A DNA stretch of 12,850 nt from the IMG/VR virus record IMGVR_UViG_2663762948_000002; one strand, given 5' to 3'. Of the stretch, positions 1 to 7,823 are shown one piece after another; the stretch's first letter is position 1, and each line of letters opens with the position of its first letter. Both the position numbers and the translations under genes were made by a program. This stretch comes from a virus (Duplodnaviria; Heunggongvirae; Uroviricota; Caudoviricetes). Under the pieces are notes generated by a model. The model saw only the letters and a list, made by a program, of their open reading frames with translations. It searched no databases and had not been told where the DNA came from.

Positions 1-17
1 ACTCATTCTGAATGCCA

Positions 18-1214
18 TTATGCAAGCCTCACAATATAGTTAAATGCGATGTTTTTGACGGTGTTTTCCGCGTTACCAGCAGCGTTAACGGTGATGGTGT
101 GTCCATGTGAACCAATCGCAACGGAGTGCGTATGAGCACCAATAACGCGATCTTTTACTGGCGGGTTCGAGCTGTTCACCACAACGTTAAAACCAGCCTG
201 CTTAAGCTGGGCTATATCCGTCGTACTTGCGTTACTTGATTTTCTGGAATCCCCGGAAGCATCTGGATAAATATAAATTTCCCTCACTTTCCGGTAATCA
301 TTCCCATCATACAGCCAGAAGCGTTCTTTAATGATGCGGATCATATCCGGCGTATCGTAGGCATTGATGATTTCAGTTACCGCACATGGAAGCCCCAAAC
401 GCAGCACATGGACGATTCCCGCCATCTTTCCAACGTTAAAATCCATCCCAATATAAATCGGCTCCCCTGGCTGCTCCACTTCTTCGCAATTATTCAGTTT
501 CCGGTCAAACTGATGGTAAACAGTACCACTTGTCAGGTTAGTAAACTGTCCTCGAAGATAGGCTTTAATCAGCTCTGGAGGGTATGATTCAAGAAGCGAA
601 GGAATGTAATCTGCTGGCAGGTTCTTTTCATTATCGAAAGTAGATGCCTGCACCAGACCATACAGTGAGGCCAGCTCTGTTTTTTCACGCACGGCTTTAA
701 CAAACTGCTCGTAGACAAATTTGAATCCTTCCGGCGTGGTTGTAACGTCAATACCGTTGCGAAGTCCATCAATCTTATAACGCATACGTGCAATTATCTT
801 GCGCCACGCCGTTCTGGCTTTTTCCTTCGGCAAAATGTCCAGTTCATCCACCAACGCATTACCAATTTTGAAACCGACGATCGTTTGTGGCTTCTCCATC
901 GATCTGCAGATAGTGGTTCCCCGATACTGGCGTCCGTAATAAAAGTGAACCTCTTTATTTCCCTCATTAATTTTTACGTTCAATCCCCAGTCAGCAGCAA
1001 CTTCTTCCACTGTAGGGTAAAAAATATCGCGAATTTGGGGATACGTTGGCGCAAAATATCCCTGATTTATACCTGGATGCTCCCAAATCCCCTTGCATAT
1101 GCCGCCACACCCAACCCATGTTTTGCCCGAGCCAAAACCAGCAATATAGGCTTTAAATTTATGGGGCATTGAAAGAAATCGCGCCTGAGGCACATTAAGC
1201 GTCGGAGAGATCAT
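18..1214 (-). CDS. Phage terminase large subunit (TerL). ORF runs to 1223 (GTG); ATG at 1220 and 1214 are alternatives, and 1214 has the best spacing (8 nt) from an AAGGAG ribosome-binding site.
   Basis: Walker A-like P-loop AGFGSGKT near the N-terminus; about 400 aa; start overlaps the 3' end of the upstream small-terminase ORF by about 20 nt; sits directly downstream of the lysis cassette as in lambdoid late operons. Confidence 0.8.
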   Translation of the reverse strand: MISPTLNVPQARFLSMPHKFKAYIAGFGSGKTWVGCGGICKGIWEHPGINQGYFAPTYPQIRDIFYPTVEEVAADWGLNVKINEGNKEVHFYYGRQYRGTTICRSMEKPQTIVGFKIGNALVDELDILPKEKARTAWRKIIARMRYKIDGLRNGIDVTTTPEGFKFVYEQFVKAVREKTELASLYGLVQASTFDNEKNLPADYIPSLLESYPPELIKAYLRGQFTNLTSGTVYHQFDRKLNNCEEVEQPGEPIYIGMDFNVGKMAGIVHVLRLGLPCAVTEIINAYDTPDMIRIIKERFWLYDGNDYRKVREIYIYPDASGDSRKSSNASTTDIAQLKQAGFNVVVNSSNPPVKDRVIGAHTHSVAIGSHGHTITVNAAGNAENTVKNIAFNYIVRLA

Positions 1215-1860
1215 CTTCATCACTCCTTACTCTGGCATCAACCACATTAATATTGATCGCCACAGGCTGGGGATGTTCATTATCTTCCACCGTTTCGATC
1301 TCTTTGCGCAGCTTCTGGTTTTCCATTCTGCGCCGTTCAATTTCCAGTTCCTGTAGCCGTTTATCTGCACATAAAGCCCCGCCAGCAGAAAACAAACGCA
1401 ACAATTCACGCCGGGCGGCAGCCTTATCCTCCAGCAGGATCTCAACGCCGAATTTTCCGAATTTTGCCCCTGCATATAATTGCCGCGCATCCCCATCAAG
1501 CAGAGTGGTATCAGCCATATAAAGCTGTCCCGTTCCCTCACCGCAGCACTTCGGGCAGTCCGGATTGGGTATGGCGTTATCAACAAAGCCGAGGCCTCCA
1601 TATTCCGGTTCGGGTTTGCCATCTCTGGAAGCCTGCGCCGCTGCCTTGTCGAATTCTGCTATATCGCGCCACTGGTAGAGATGATTCTCGCCCCAGCAAT
1701 AACGGCAGTTAACACGGCGAAATTGTGCAAGCTGATTGGGGTCGGCCAGGACAATAGCCATCAACTGACTCACTAGTAAATCCAGGTCTGCGGTATAGCG
1801 TTTCTGGTACTGATTGCGGAAGTAGCTGATAGCGCGAAAAACCCTGGCATTTCTAAGCAT
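1195..1860 (-). CDS. Phage terminase small subunit (TerS), start uncertain. The ORF extends to a TTG at 1956 (253 aa); the first in-frame ATG is at 1860 (221 aa).
   Basis: Sits immediately upstream of TerL with overlapping stop and start; coiled-coil-like charged C-terminus; two Cys pairs (CRYC and CPKCC) suggest a zinc-ribbon-like element. The first 32 codons of the long form are low-complexity S/G/A-rich and neither candidate start has a good ribosome-binding site. Confidence 0.6.
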   Translation of the reverse strand: MLRNARVFRAISYFRNQYQKRYTADLDLLVSQLMAIVLADPNQLAQFRRVNCRYCWGENHLYQWRDIAEFDKAAAQASRDGKPEPEYGGLGFVDNAIPNPDCPKCCGEGTGQLYMADTTLLDGDARQLYAGAKFGKFGVEILLEDKAAARRELLRLFSAGGALCADKRLQELEIERRRMENQKLRKEIETVEDNEHPQPVAININVVDARVRSDEDDLSDA

Positions 1861-1962
1861 ACGACTGGCGTTGCTGTTAGCTGTCGCACCTTGCCCCTCA
1901 TAACCGGCTAAGTCAGAACTTTGTCCGGTCGCCCGTGAGTCAGAATAAAGGCGCAAAAATCA

Positions 1963-2754
1963 TCACGCATATTCCTCCTCCTCACCACCATGCATGATCT
2001 CCACCATGCGCTGCGTCATCCGGACAAATCCATTTTCAATAGCCTGCTGATAATCAATGATCACCAGCGCCGACTCCTCGAAAAAACACTGAATTTCAGA
2101 GGGGGCGTGAGCGTAATAGTCCGCAATTCTGCTGAAATTAAACACCGTGTGACGTTCTGCCGCACACAGGAGGAATTTCTCAATATCAGGCTCAAGGGAC
2201 GCCGAACGTATCCGGCTGATCAGCTCCTGAGTTTTCGTATCGTCGTACAGTTCACTGATATCCGGTTTACCGCCCGACGGCTCATAAACAGGCGTATCAA
2301 TTTTCGTCGTATACGGCTCCTCCTCATTTCCTGTACCGGGCAAAACATCCGTCAACAGTTCATCAATTTCTGTCGGGATGAAGCCTGTCAGGGAGACATC
2401 AAAATCAGCATTGATTAGGTCCGACAGCTCCATCCGCAACAGATCTTCATCCCAGCCAGCATTCATCGGCAGGCGATTATCTGCCAGGCGGTACGCCTTT
2501 TTCTGCTCATCCGTCAGGACAGACAGAACAATGACCGGAACAGAATCCATTTTGAGCATTTCAGCCGCCATAACACGACCGTGACCCGCAATAATTTCGC
2601 CCTTTTCGTCAATCAGCACCGGATTAGTCCAGCCGAATTGCTTAATACTTTCTACCAGTTGTGCCACCTGCTCAGGGCTGTGCGTCCTGGCGTTGTGCGC
2701 ATACGGTGACAATTCTTGTAATGGGCGATAGACTATCTTTAATTTCTCGCTCAT
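1963..2754 (-). CDS. ParB-like nuclease domain protein (ParB/Srx N-terminal domain, acidic C-terminal domain of unknown function).
   Basis: N-terminal region carries the ParB-type motif (IIAGHGRVMAA) within a roughly 90 aa ParB/Srx-like segment; ATG at 2752-2754 preceded by AAGG; located just upstream of the terminase genes, a common position for ParB-like nucleases in phages. Confidence 0.7.
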   Translation of the reverse strand: MSEKLKIVYRPLQELSPYAHNARTHSPEQVAQLVESIKQFGWTNPVLIDEKGEIIAGHGRVMAAEMLKMDSVPVIVLSVLTDEQKKAYRLADNRLPMNAGWDEDLLRMELSDLINADFDVSLTGFIPTEIDELLTDVLPGTGNEEEPYTTKIDTPVYEPSGGKPDISELYDDTKTQELISRIRSASLEPDIEKFLLCAAERHTVFNFSRIADYYAHAPSEIQCFFEESALVIIDYQQAIENGFVRMTQRMVEIMHGGEEEEYA

Positions 2755-2770
2755 ACAGCCTTGCTTTATG

Positions 2771-2805
2771 AATAAAACGCACCCCAGCAGCCAGTGCTAC
2801 TGGGG
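2771..2805 (-). terminator. Putative Rho-independent terminator downstream of the trkG-like gene.
   Basis: Inverted repeat CCCCAG / CTGGGG (plus 2782-2787 and 2800-2805) with a 12-nt loop that may pair further; on the minus strand the stem is followed by a U-rich run (TGCGTTTTATT). Confidence 0.45.
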
Positions 2806-2891
2806 ACGGAGGGGTTGCTGGTAAAGTTAGGTATTGGATCAATGAGTGAGTCAACATAATATTAAACTCACAATTATAAATCAGCCATATA

Positions 2892-4349
2892 TTAGGAGCG
2901 CCAAAAAAAACCTGAAAACAATATAATAACAGGATAAATTTCAAGGCGACCAAGAATCATAGCTATGCACATTAAACATTTTGCAATGTCATTAAGCACT
3001 CCGAATGACGATGCAGTAGCCCCAAAACCTAATCCCATATTATTAATACATGCAGCCACTGTTGCAAATGATGTAAGAAAATCATATCCCATACCATTTA
3101 ACACCAGTATAAAAAACACCGTGAAGAGAGTATAAAGAAAAAAGAAACTCCATACAGACCTCATTACACGATCTGTAACTATCTTCCCTCCTACATTTAC
3201 ACTCAACAACGCTCTGGGATGAGAAAGCTGATTTATCTCGTGTTTGCTTTGTTTGAAAAGTATAAGAAATCGAAGTGACTTAATTCCACCACAAGTTGAA
3301 CCTATACATCCCCCAAAGAAACTTGACAACAGCAAAAACACTATCGTGTGCGTGGGCCAACTTGCATAATCCTGCGTAGCTAAACCATTATCAGTGAGCA
3401 TGGAGCTGGCAAGAAAAAACGAATGAATAAAACTTCCATGCAAGTCATACATACCTATATGCCAGACCTGGAAAGAGGTAACAATGATCACCCCTAAGGC
3501 TATTAACAGAAAGAAACGAAGTTCAATATCTCTGATTAAAGGTTTTATCGTTTTCCTGCTAATAACAATATACCAAAGAGTGAAGTTGAAAGCCGATAGC
3601 AGGGAAAAAGAACCAGCCACCAGCTCAACCAAATAGTTATTAAAATATCCGATACTCTCGCTATGAGTTGAGAAACCACCAAGCGAAACTGTGGAAATCC
3701 CGTGACAAATAGCATCAAACAAAGGCATTCCTGCAAGTCTATAACAGACAATACAAGCAATACCTAATAAAGAATAAGTTATCCACAGTGTCCGTGACGT
3801 ATCGGCCAGGCGGGGAGTGAGTTTGTCATCCTTAAATGGCCCCGGCATTTCTGACTGATAAAGCTTTGCACCACCAATACCCAATAATGGCAATACAGCA
3901 ACCGCCAGAACAATAACTCCTAAACCACCTATAAAATTTAACTGTGACCGATAGTACAAATATGCCCGAGGTAATGAACTAACATCATCAATTACAGTTG
4001 CTCCTGTTGTTGTTATTCCAGAAACCCCTTCAAACAGAGCATCAATGAACGTTAAATTAAGTTCTGAGTCAATCCATAAAGGGAATGCACTAATAACAGA
4101 AAACAAAATCCAAAACATTACAATTATAATAAACCCATCACGGGTACGTAATTGAATGCCAGATTTCTTAGTTGTATACCACGCTCCGCCACCAATGCAA
4201 AAAAATATAACGAAAGTTATAAAGAAAACGAACAGGCTTTTTTCTTTATAAAACAATGCTACAACCATTGGTGGCAACATTGAAAGACTATAGAGCCAAA
4301 CCAGGAACCCACACATATGAGTAACAACTCTTACATGAGATGTATTCAT
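2892..4349 (-). CDS. trkG: Trk-system potassium uptake protein TrkG/TrkH family (485 aa from the ATG at 4347-4349; the ORF extends 6 codons further to a TTG).
   Basis: Polytopic membrane protein of TrkH/TrkG length and character; from memory it closely matches E. coli TrkG (begins MNTSHVRVVTHMCGFLVW). The gene is visibly AT-richer than the flanking phage genes and sits between the lysis and packaging genes, as trkG does in the Rac prophage. Confidence 0.9.
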   Translation of the reverse strand: MNTSHVRVVTHMCGFLVWLYSLSMLPPMVVALFYKEKSLFVFFITFVIFFCIGGGAWYTTKKSGIQLRTRDGFIIIVMFWILFSVISAFPLWIDSELNLTFIDALFEGVSGITTTGATVIDDVSSLPRAYLYYRSQLNFIGGLGVIVLAVAVLPLLGIGGAKLYQSEMPGPFKDDKLTPRLADTSRTLWITYSLLGIACIVCYRLAGMPLFDAICHGISTVSLGGFSTHSESIGYFNNYLVELVAGSFSLLSAFNFTLWYIVISRKTIKPLIRDIELRFFLLIALGVIIVTSFQVWHIGMYDLHGSFIHSFFLASSMLTDNGLATQDYASWPTHTIVFLLLSSFFGGCIGSTCGGIKSLRFLILFKQSKHEINQLSHPRALLSVNVGGKIVTDRVMRSVWSFFFLYTLFTVFFILVLNGMGYDFLTSFATVAACINNMGLGFGATASSFGVLNDIAKCLMCIAMILGRLEIYPVIILFSGFFWRS

Positions 4350-4486
4350 ATCTAAATATTCTTTCAATTATAACCACCTTGCTGCAATATTATGATTATA
4401 CTGTATAAAATTTAACTCCTCTTAGATCTTACTTCACTGTTCCTTATGAAACAATCATCAAAATGAATCATATTGTAGTTAAGATT

Positions 4487-4951
4487 TTACTTTAAACACT
4501 GCTCGGTTATGTATTGCTGAGCACCTTCAAGTTGGGCCTGCATCATTACCAGTCGTTCCCGGAGGGTGAAATAATCCCGTTCAGCGGTGTCTGCCAGTCG
4601 GGGGGAGGCTGCATTATCCACGCCGGAGGCGGTGGTGGCTTCACGCACTGACTGACAGACTGCTTTGATGTGCAACCGACGACGACCAGCGGCAACATCA
4701 TCACGCAGAACATCATTTTCAGCTTTCGCATCAGCTAACTCCTTCGTGTATTTTGCATCGAGCGCAGCAACATCACGCTGACGCATCTGCATGTCAGTAA
4801 TTGCCGCGTTCGCCAGCTTCAGTTCTCTGGCATTTTTGTCGCGCTGTTCTTTGTAGGCGATGGCGTTATCACGGTAATGATTAACACCCCATGACAGGCA
4901 GACGACGATGCAGATAACCAGAGCGGAGATAATCGCGGTTACTCTGTTCAT
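4487..4951 (-). CDS. Rz: Rz-type i-spanin (inner-membrane spanin), 154 aa starting at the ATG at 4949-4951.
   Basis: Near-identical by recall to lambda Rz ([15 protein letters not shown]..., [53 protein letters not shown]); N-terminal TM segment; its ATG overlaps the endolysin TGA stop (ATGA overlap) as in lambda R/Rz. Confidence 0.92.
   Translation of the reverse strand: MNRVTAIISALVICIVVCLSWGVNHYRDNAIAYKEQRDKNARELKLANAAITDMQMRQRDVAALDAKYTKELADAKAENDVLRDDVAAGRRRLHIKAVCQSVREATTASGVDNAASPRLADTAERDYFTLRERLVMMQAQLEGAQQYITEQCLK
4546..4731 (-). CDS. Rz1: Rz1-type o-spanin (outer-membrane lipoprotein) embedded in the +1 frame inside Rz.
   Basis: 61-aa ORF entirely within Rz; signal peptide with lipobox VVGC; proline-rich (PPPPP, PPP) mature region; near-identical by recall to lambda Rz1. 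Confidence 0.9.
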   Translation of the reverse strand: MRKLKMMFCVMMLPLVVVGCTSKQSVSQCVKPPPPPAWIMQPPPDWQTPLNGIISPSGNDW

Positions 4952-5445
4952 TGCTGACCCCACAAACAGATTTCACGCTCAATCTCACGACGAGTCATGA
5001 GACCTTTCCATTGCTTACCGCCAGCATATGTCCAGCGACGTAGCTGATCACATGCGCCTTTGATATCGCCCTGGTTTATTTTGCGAAGAAGCGTCGATGT
5101 TCTGAAATTGCCAGCACCCACGTTGTAAACGAATGAGTAAAGAGCGCCGCGCGTTGTTTCCGGTATATCGACTTTGATGTACGGGTTAATTTGTCTGGCG
5201 ACCGTGGCAAGGTCTTTATTCAAGAGTGTTTTGCATTCTGCTTTGGTATACGTTTTACCGAGCATGATGTCTTTTCCTGTATGCCCGTGACATACAGTCC
5301 ATACACCAACAATATCTTTGTATGGTATGTAGCTGACACCTTCCAGACCATCGTTACCACTTGGGCCAGTGATTAACACTGATGCTATAGCAATTGCTCC
5401 GCCACCAATAGCAGCAGCAACGACTTTTCGTAATGATGGAGGCAT
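4948..5445 (-). CDS. SAR (signal-arrest-release) endolysin, phage lysozyme of the P21 R / E. coli RrrD type.
   Basis: 165 aa; N-terminal Gly/Ala-rich weakly hydrophobic SAR segment ([18 protein letters not shown]) followed by a lysozyme-like domain; by recall nearly identical to the DLP12 lysozyme RrrD; its ATG overlaps the holin stop (TAATG). Confidence 0.9.
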   Translation of the reverse strand: MPPSLRKVVAAAIGGGAIAIASVLITGPSGNDGLEGVSYIPYKDIVGVWTVCHGHTGKDIMLGKTYTKAECKTLLNKDLATVARQINPYIKVDIPETTRGALYSFVYNVGAGNFRTSTLLRKINQGDIKGACDQLRRWTYAGGKQWKGLMTRREIEREICLWGQQ

Positions 5446-5660
5446 TATTCACCTCTCGCAGCCTTGCGCTTATCTTCTTTAATCTTGAAATAAAGGTTTG
5501 TCAGGTACGTCAGCAGGCCAAATACCAGACTACCCAGCACACCGATTGCAGCCCACTGTGACGGAGTTACTCTATCGAGCAACTGTAAAAACCAGTAGCC
5601 AGCACTGCCTGCGGAGGTGCCGTAGGCAATGCCTGTTGAAATTTTGTCCATGGATTTCAT
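5445..5660 (-). CDS. Pinholin (phage 21 S-type class II holin), 71 aa with a dual-start motif (Met1-Lys-Ser-Met4). The ORF extends upstream to 5717 but the supported start is the ATG at 5658-5660.
   Basis: Two TM segments (the first Gly/Ala-rich and SAR-like), charged C-terminus [13 protein letters not shown]; MKSMDK dual start typical of S21 antiholin/holin; strong ribosome-binding site GGAGGTGAGG 4 nt upstream of the ATG at 5660; immediately upstream of the SAR endolysin. Confidence 0.88.
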   Translation of the reverse strand: MKSMDKISTGIAYGTSAGSAGYWFLQLLDRVTPSQWAAIGVLGSLVFGLLTYLTNLYFKIKEDKRKAARGE

Positions 5661-5761
5661 AGCCTCACCTCCGCACGGAACGGATGGCATAGTTATTATG
5701 TGTAGGCTTTCAGACACATCAATCAGAGCCTTAATTGATATATATGCTGGAGACGATGCAA

Positions 5762-5786
5762 TATAAAAAGCTCGCCGTAGCGAGCT
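5762..5786 (-). terminator. Rho-independent terminator between the lipoprotein cassette and the holin gene (minus strand).
   Basis: Perfect 7-bp stem AGCTCGC / GCGAGCT (plus 5769-5775 and 5780-5786) with a 4-nt loop; on the minus strand the stem is followed by TTTTTAT. Confidence 0.6.
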
Positions 5787-5911
5787 AATAAAATGTATTT
5801 CTCTGATATTATGTTTATTTGTATTAGCTCAGACTTGACATCACAGGTTTCGTATATAGAACATCATCAAATCTGTCAGTTTGCTATGAATGAGATATAG
5901 TAATTGAAGAG

Positions 5912-6307
5912 CTAACCTCGCATGTCAAAGCCAGATTTCTGAAAATCTCTGTAGACTTCCGGATTGTTGAAGGCCGGAAATTTGGCTTTATGAGCTGCGG
6001 ACTTTATCGCTTCGCAATAGGCTTTATCACCGTTACTGGTAGATATTTTTAACGCCGTGCCATCCTGAGAGAATTCCATATGCAACCTGCATTTTTTCCC
6101 TTTCCAGTTATGCGGCTCATCAAGTTTGGCATTAATTGCAGCTCTGATTCCCCGCGCTTGCGCCCCCCATTCATCCTGATCATCCCAGCGTCCTGAACTG
6201 CAACTACCTGTAGCAGTAGTTTTGTGGCAATCTGAAGGGTGTAAAGGTGTGCATCCCGCAACAAAACCGACCCAAAAAGTCAACATAACGATTTTCTTTA
6301 ATCCCAC
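5912..6307 (-). CDS. Predicted outer-membrane lipoprotein with a TolA domain III-like C-terminal domain (131 aa, GTG start).
   Basis: Signal peptide MGLKKIVMLTFWVGFVAGC with lipobox VAGC and Thr at +2; GAGGAG ribosome-binding site 6 nt upstream of the GTG; C-terminal roughly 80 aa align with the TolA C-terminal domain as I recall it (GK.C.L ... DG ... C ... AK.P ... P.VY..F) and with the downstream paralog. Confidence 0.75.
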   Translation of the reverse strand: MGLKKIVMLTFWVGFVAGCTPLHPSDCHKTTATGSCSSGRWDDQDEWGAQARGIRAAINAKLDEPHNWKGKKCRLHMEFSQDGTALKISTSNGDKAYCEAIKSAAHKAKFPAFNNPEVYRDFQKSGFDMRG

Positions 6308-6457
6308 TTCTTGCTCCTCAATCCATTAAAATCTCAGCAATAGTAGTTGTTACGTCCGCCACTGGCTCAGAGCTGACTATCCGCTAAATTTAGCTCAGTG
6401 CCGTAGCTGTGTCAGAACAAACCTAAGCCGAAACCGTTTATTACAAAACAATAAATA

Positions 6458-6886
6458 TCAGGGTTTAAAATCCAGCACCCCATTTTGAAATACTTTATAT
6501 ACTTCCGGCGAAGGGGGGGCAGGTATATCAGCATTCTTTATCGCATTCATCGCTTCACGACATAAATCGAGGTCTCCACTTTCTCTTTTAACCTCCAGTA
6601 GAAGGCCATTCGGGGCCATATGCATTCTCAGTGTACACTCTTTTCCTGAATACTTACTCGCATCCCCGAACTGTTTTTCGATGGCGCTCTTGATTTGATG
6701 GGCATACAGACGGATATCCTCACTAACATCAGAAGTACGTTCAGATGAACTCACATACTGTGTCTCTATTGCTTTATCGGAGTAATATGATGTACGGTCA
6801 TGATAATTTGTCGATACAGCATCAGTGCACCCGATAATAATCCCACTAATAATCAACGTAAGAATTGATGCGCTACGAAAACCCAT
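6458..6886 (-). CDS. Predicted outer-membrane lipoprotein with a TolA domain III-like C-terminal domain (142 aa), paralog of 5912-6307.
   Basis: Signal peptide MGFRSASILTLIISGIIIGC with lipobox IIGC and Thr at +2; GAGGA ribosome-binding site upstream of the ATG at 6884-6886; C-terminus (IKSAIEKQFGDASKYSGKECTLRMHMAPNGLLLEVK...DLCREAMNAIKNADIPAPPSPEVYKVFQNGVLDFKP) strongly resembles E. coli TolA domain III, which by recall ends ...KPPSQAVYEVFKNAPLDFKP. Confidence 0.8.
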   Translation of the reverse strand: MGFRSASILTLIISGIIIGCTDAVSTNYHDRTSYYSDKAIETQYVSSSERTSDVSEDIRLYAHQIKSAIEKQFGDASKYSGKECTLRMHMAPNGLLLEVKRESGDLDLCREAMNAIKNADIPAPPSPEVYKVFQNGVLDFKP

Positions 6887-6916
6887 TTTTCCTCACATAT
6901 GTCATATAGTAAAGGA

Positions 6917-6945
6917 TTATATATACCGTTGTTTTGGACGCTCAA
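6917..6945 (-). promoter_or_regulatory. Putative sigma70 promoter for the lipoprotein cassette.
   Basis: On the minus strand: -35 TTGAGC (plus 6940-6945), 17-bp spacer, -10 TATAAT (plus 6917-6922); predicted start about 25 nt upstream of the 6886 ATG. Confidence 0.45.
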
Positions 6946-7477
6946 ACAGCGAATCAGATCAAATAAAACGCACATTTGTTAACATTTACACAAAGTCTGC
7001 GTGGGATATTCTGAAAGAATATCCATAATGTGGAGAGAATCTATTGAAGTGCATGGTGCCGGGTGCCTCCCGGTGAACAAAATGTTCGTGATACCTGTCG
7101 GCGACAGAAAAGGTTAATGGTATCACCCCACCGCACAGGGGGATTCACCATGCAGGAGTTTTCTTAGCAAACTCACTGCGCGCCCGGCAACTCCCAACCA
7201 CATAAAATGCGGAGTTTGTGGTATTTATGCATATAACTCGCAGGAATTATCTTAAAAAACTGATGTCGATCCGGATTAAAAAGAAGCAGGTCATCATCAG
7301 ATGACTGGAAAAAAGGAAAACAAAAAATACTCATCATACAGTTTTGATTGCAGGGATGAGCCTGCTATGCACAATATGCAGAATATAAGCAAGATAAAAA
7401 TATGCAGGCATATTATTTCGGATTTTGTTATTAACACAACCTTTTTAATAATCATTTGGCATACAATAAACCAGCCC

Positions 7478-7503
7478 AAAAAGAACCGCCTAAACAGGCG
7501 GTT
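7478..7503 (-). terminator. Rho-independent terminator (minus strand) between the Q-proximal region and the lipoprotein cassette.
   Basis: Stem AACCGCC / GGCGGTT (plus 7484-7490 and 7497-7503) with a 6-nt loop; on the minus strand it is followed by CTTTTTGGG. Confidence 0.6.
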
Positions 7504-7823
7504 GGTCAATACAAAGGATGCTTCGTCTTTATTATAGTAATCTGAGGCGTCGGGTGTCTTGTATCAGACAACATATTGTCCCGCTAAACAGCGAATTACA
7601 AACCACCCTGCAATGATCTCTCATCTCATTTTATATGAGTTGACGACATCAGGATAACGCATCATCAGCCCCTGCCAAGAAATATCAAAACTCCCGCCAG
7701 CAATGTGTTATCACAATATTGTAAAAAAAACACAGCACCGAAACTATAACTGGTCTCTGTTATAATTTGGAGCAGAAAGACCAGTTGCCCAACTAGCAGC
7801 ATTCTCCCCTGCTTTCCTGACGT

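Noticed and set aside
569-1172. ORFs 569-793 (minus, 74 aa) and 885-1172 (plus, 95 aa) inside the TerL gene.
   Set aside because: They lie entirely within the well-supported TerL coding region in alternative or opposite frames and have no independent start signals; treated as frame noise.
1227-2584. Alternative-frame and antisense ORFs (1227-1622, 1253-1522, 1464-1712, 1480-1776, 1990-2418, 2378-2584) overlapping the TerS and ParB-like genes.
   Set aside because: All overlap stronger, motif-supported ORFs; the GC-rich phage coding sequence produces long chance ORFs in other frames.
2672-2953. 93-aa minus-strand ORF spanning the ParB-trkG intergenic region.
   Set aside because: It overlaps the ParB 5' end and the trkG 3' end and runs through the putative terminator hairpin; no independent support.
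3545-3760. 71-aa ORF in an alternative frame within trkG.
   Set aside because: Internal to a highly confident membrane-protein gene; a hydrophobic alternative frame of AT-rich coding sequence is expected by chance.
5191-5376. 61-aa plus-strand ORF antisense within the endolysin gene.
   Set aside because: Embedded antisense in a confidently assigned gene; no signals.
6049-6264. 71-aa ORF in an alternative frame inside the 131-aa lipoprotein gene.
   Set aside because: Fully embedded in the lipoprotein ORF; no ribosome-binding site and no recognisable features.
7297-7537. Overlapping ORFs of 70 aa (minus) and 78 aa (plus) in the AT-rich stretch upstream of the lipoprotein cassette.
   Set aside because: Both lie in AT-rich low-complexity sequence. 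The minus-strand ORF starts with TTG inside the stem of the 7478-7503 terminator, and neither has a convincing ribosome-binding site, so they are probably chance ORFs.
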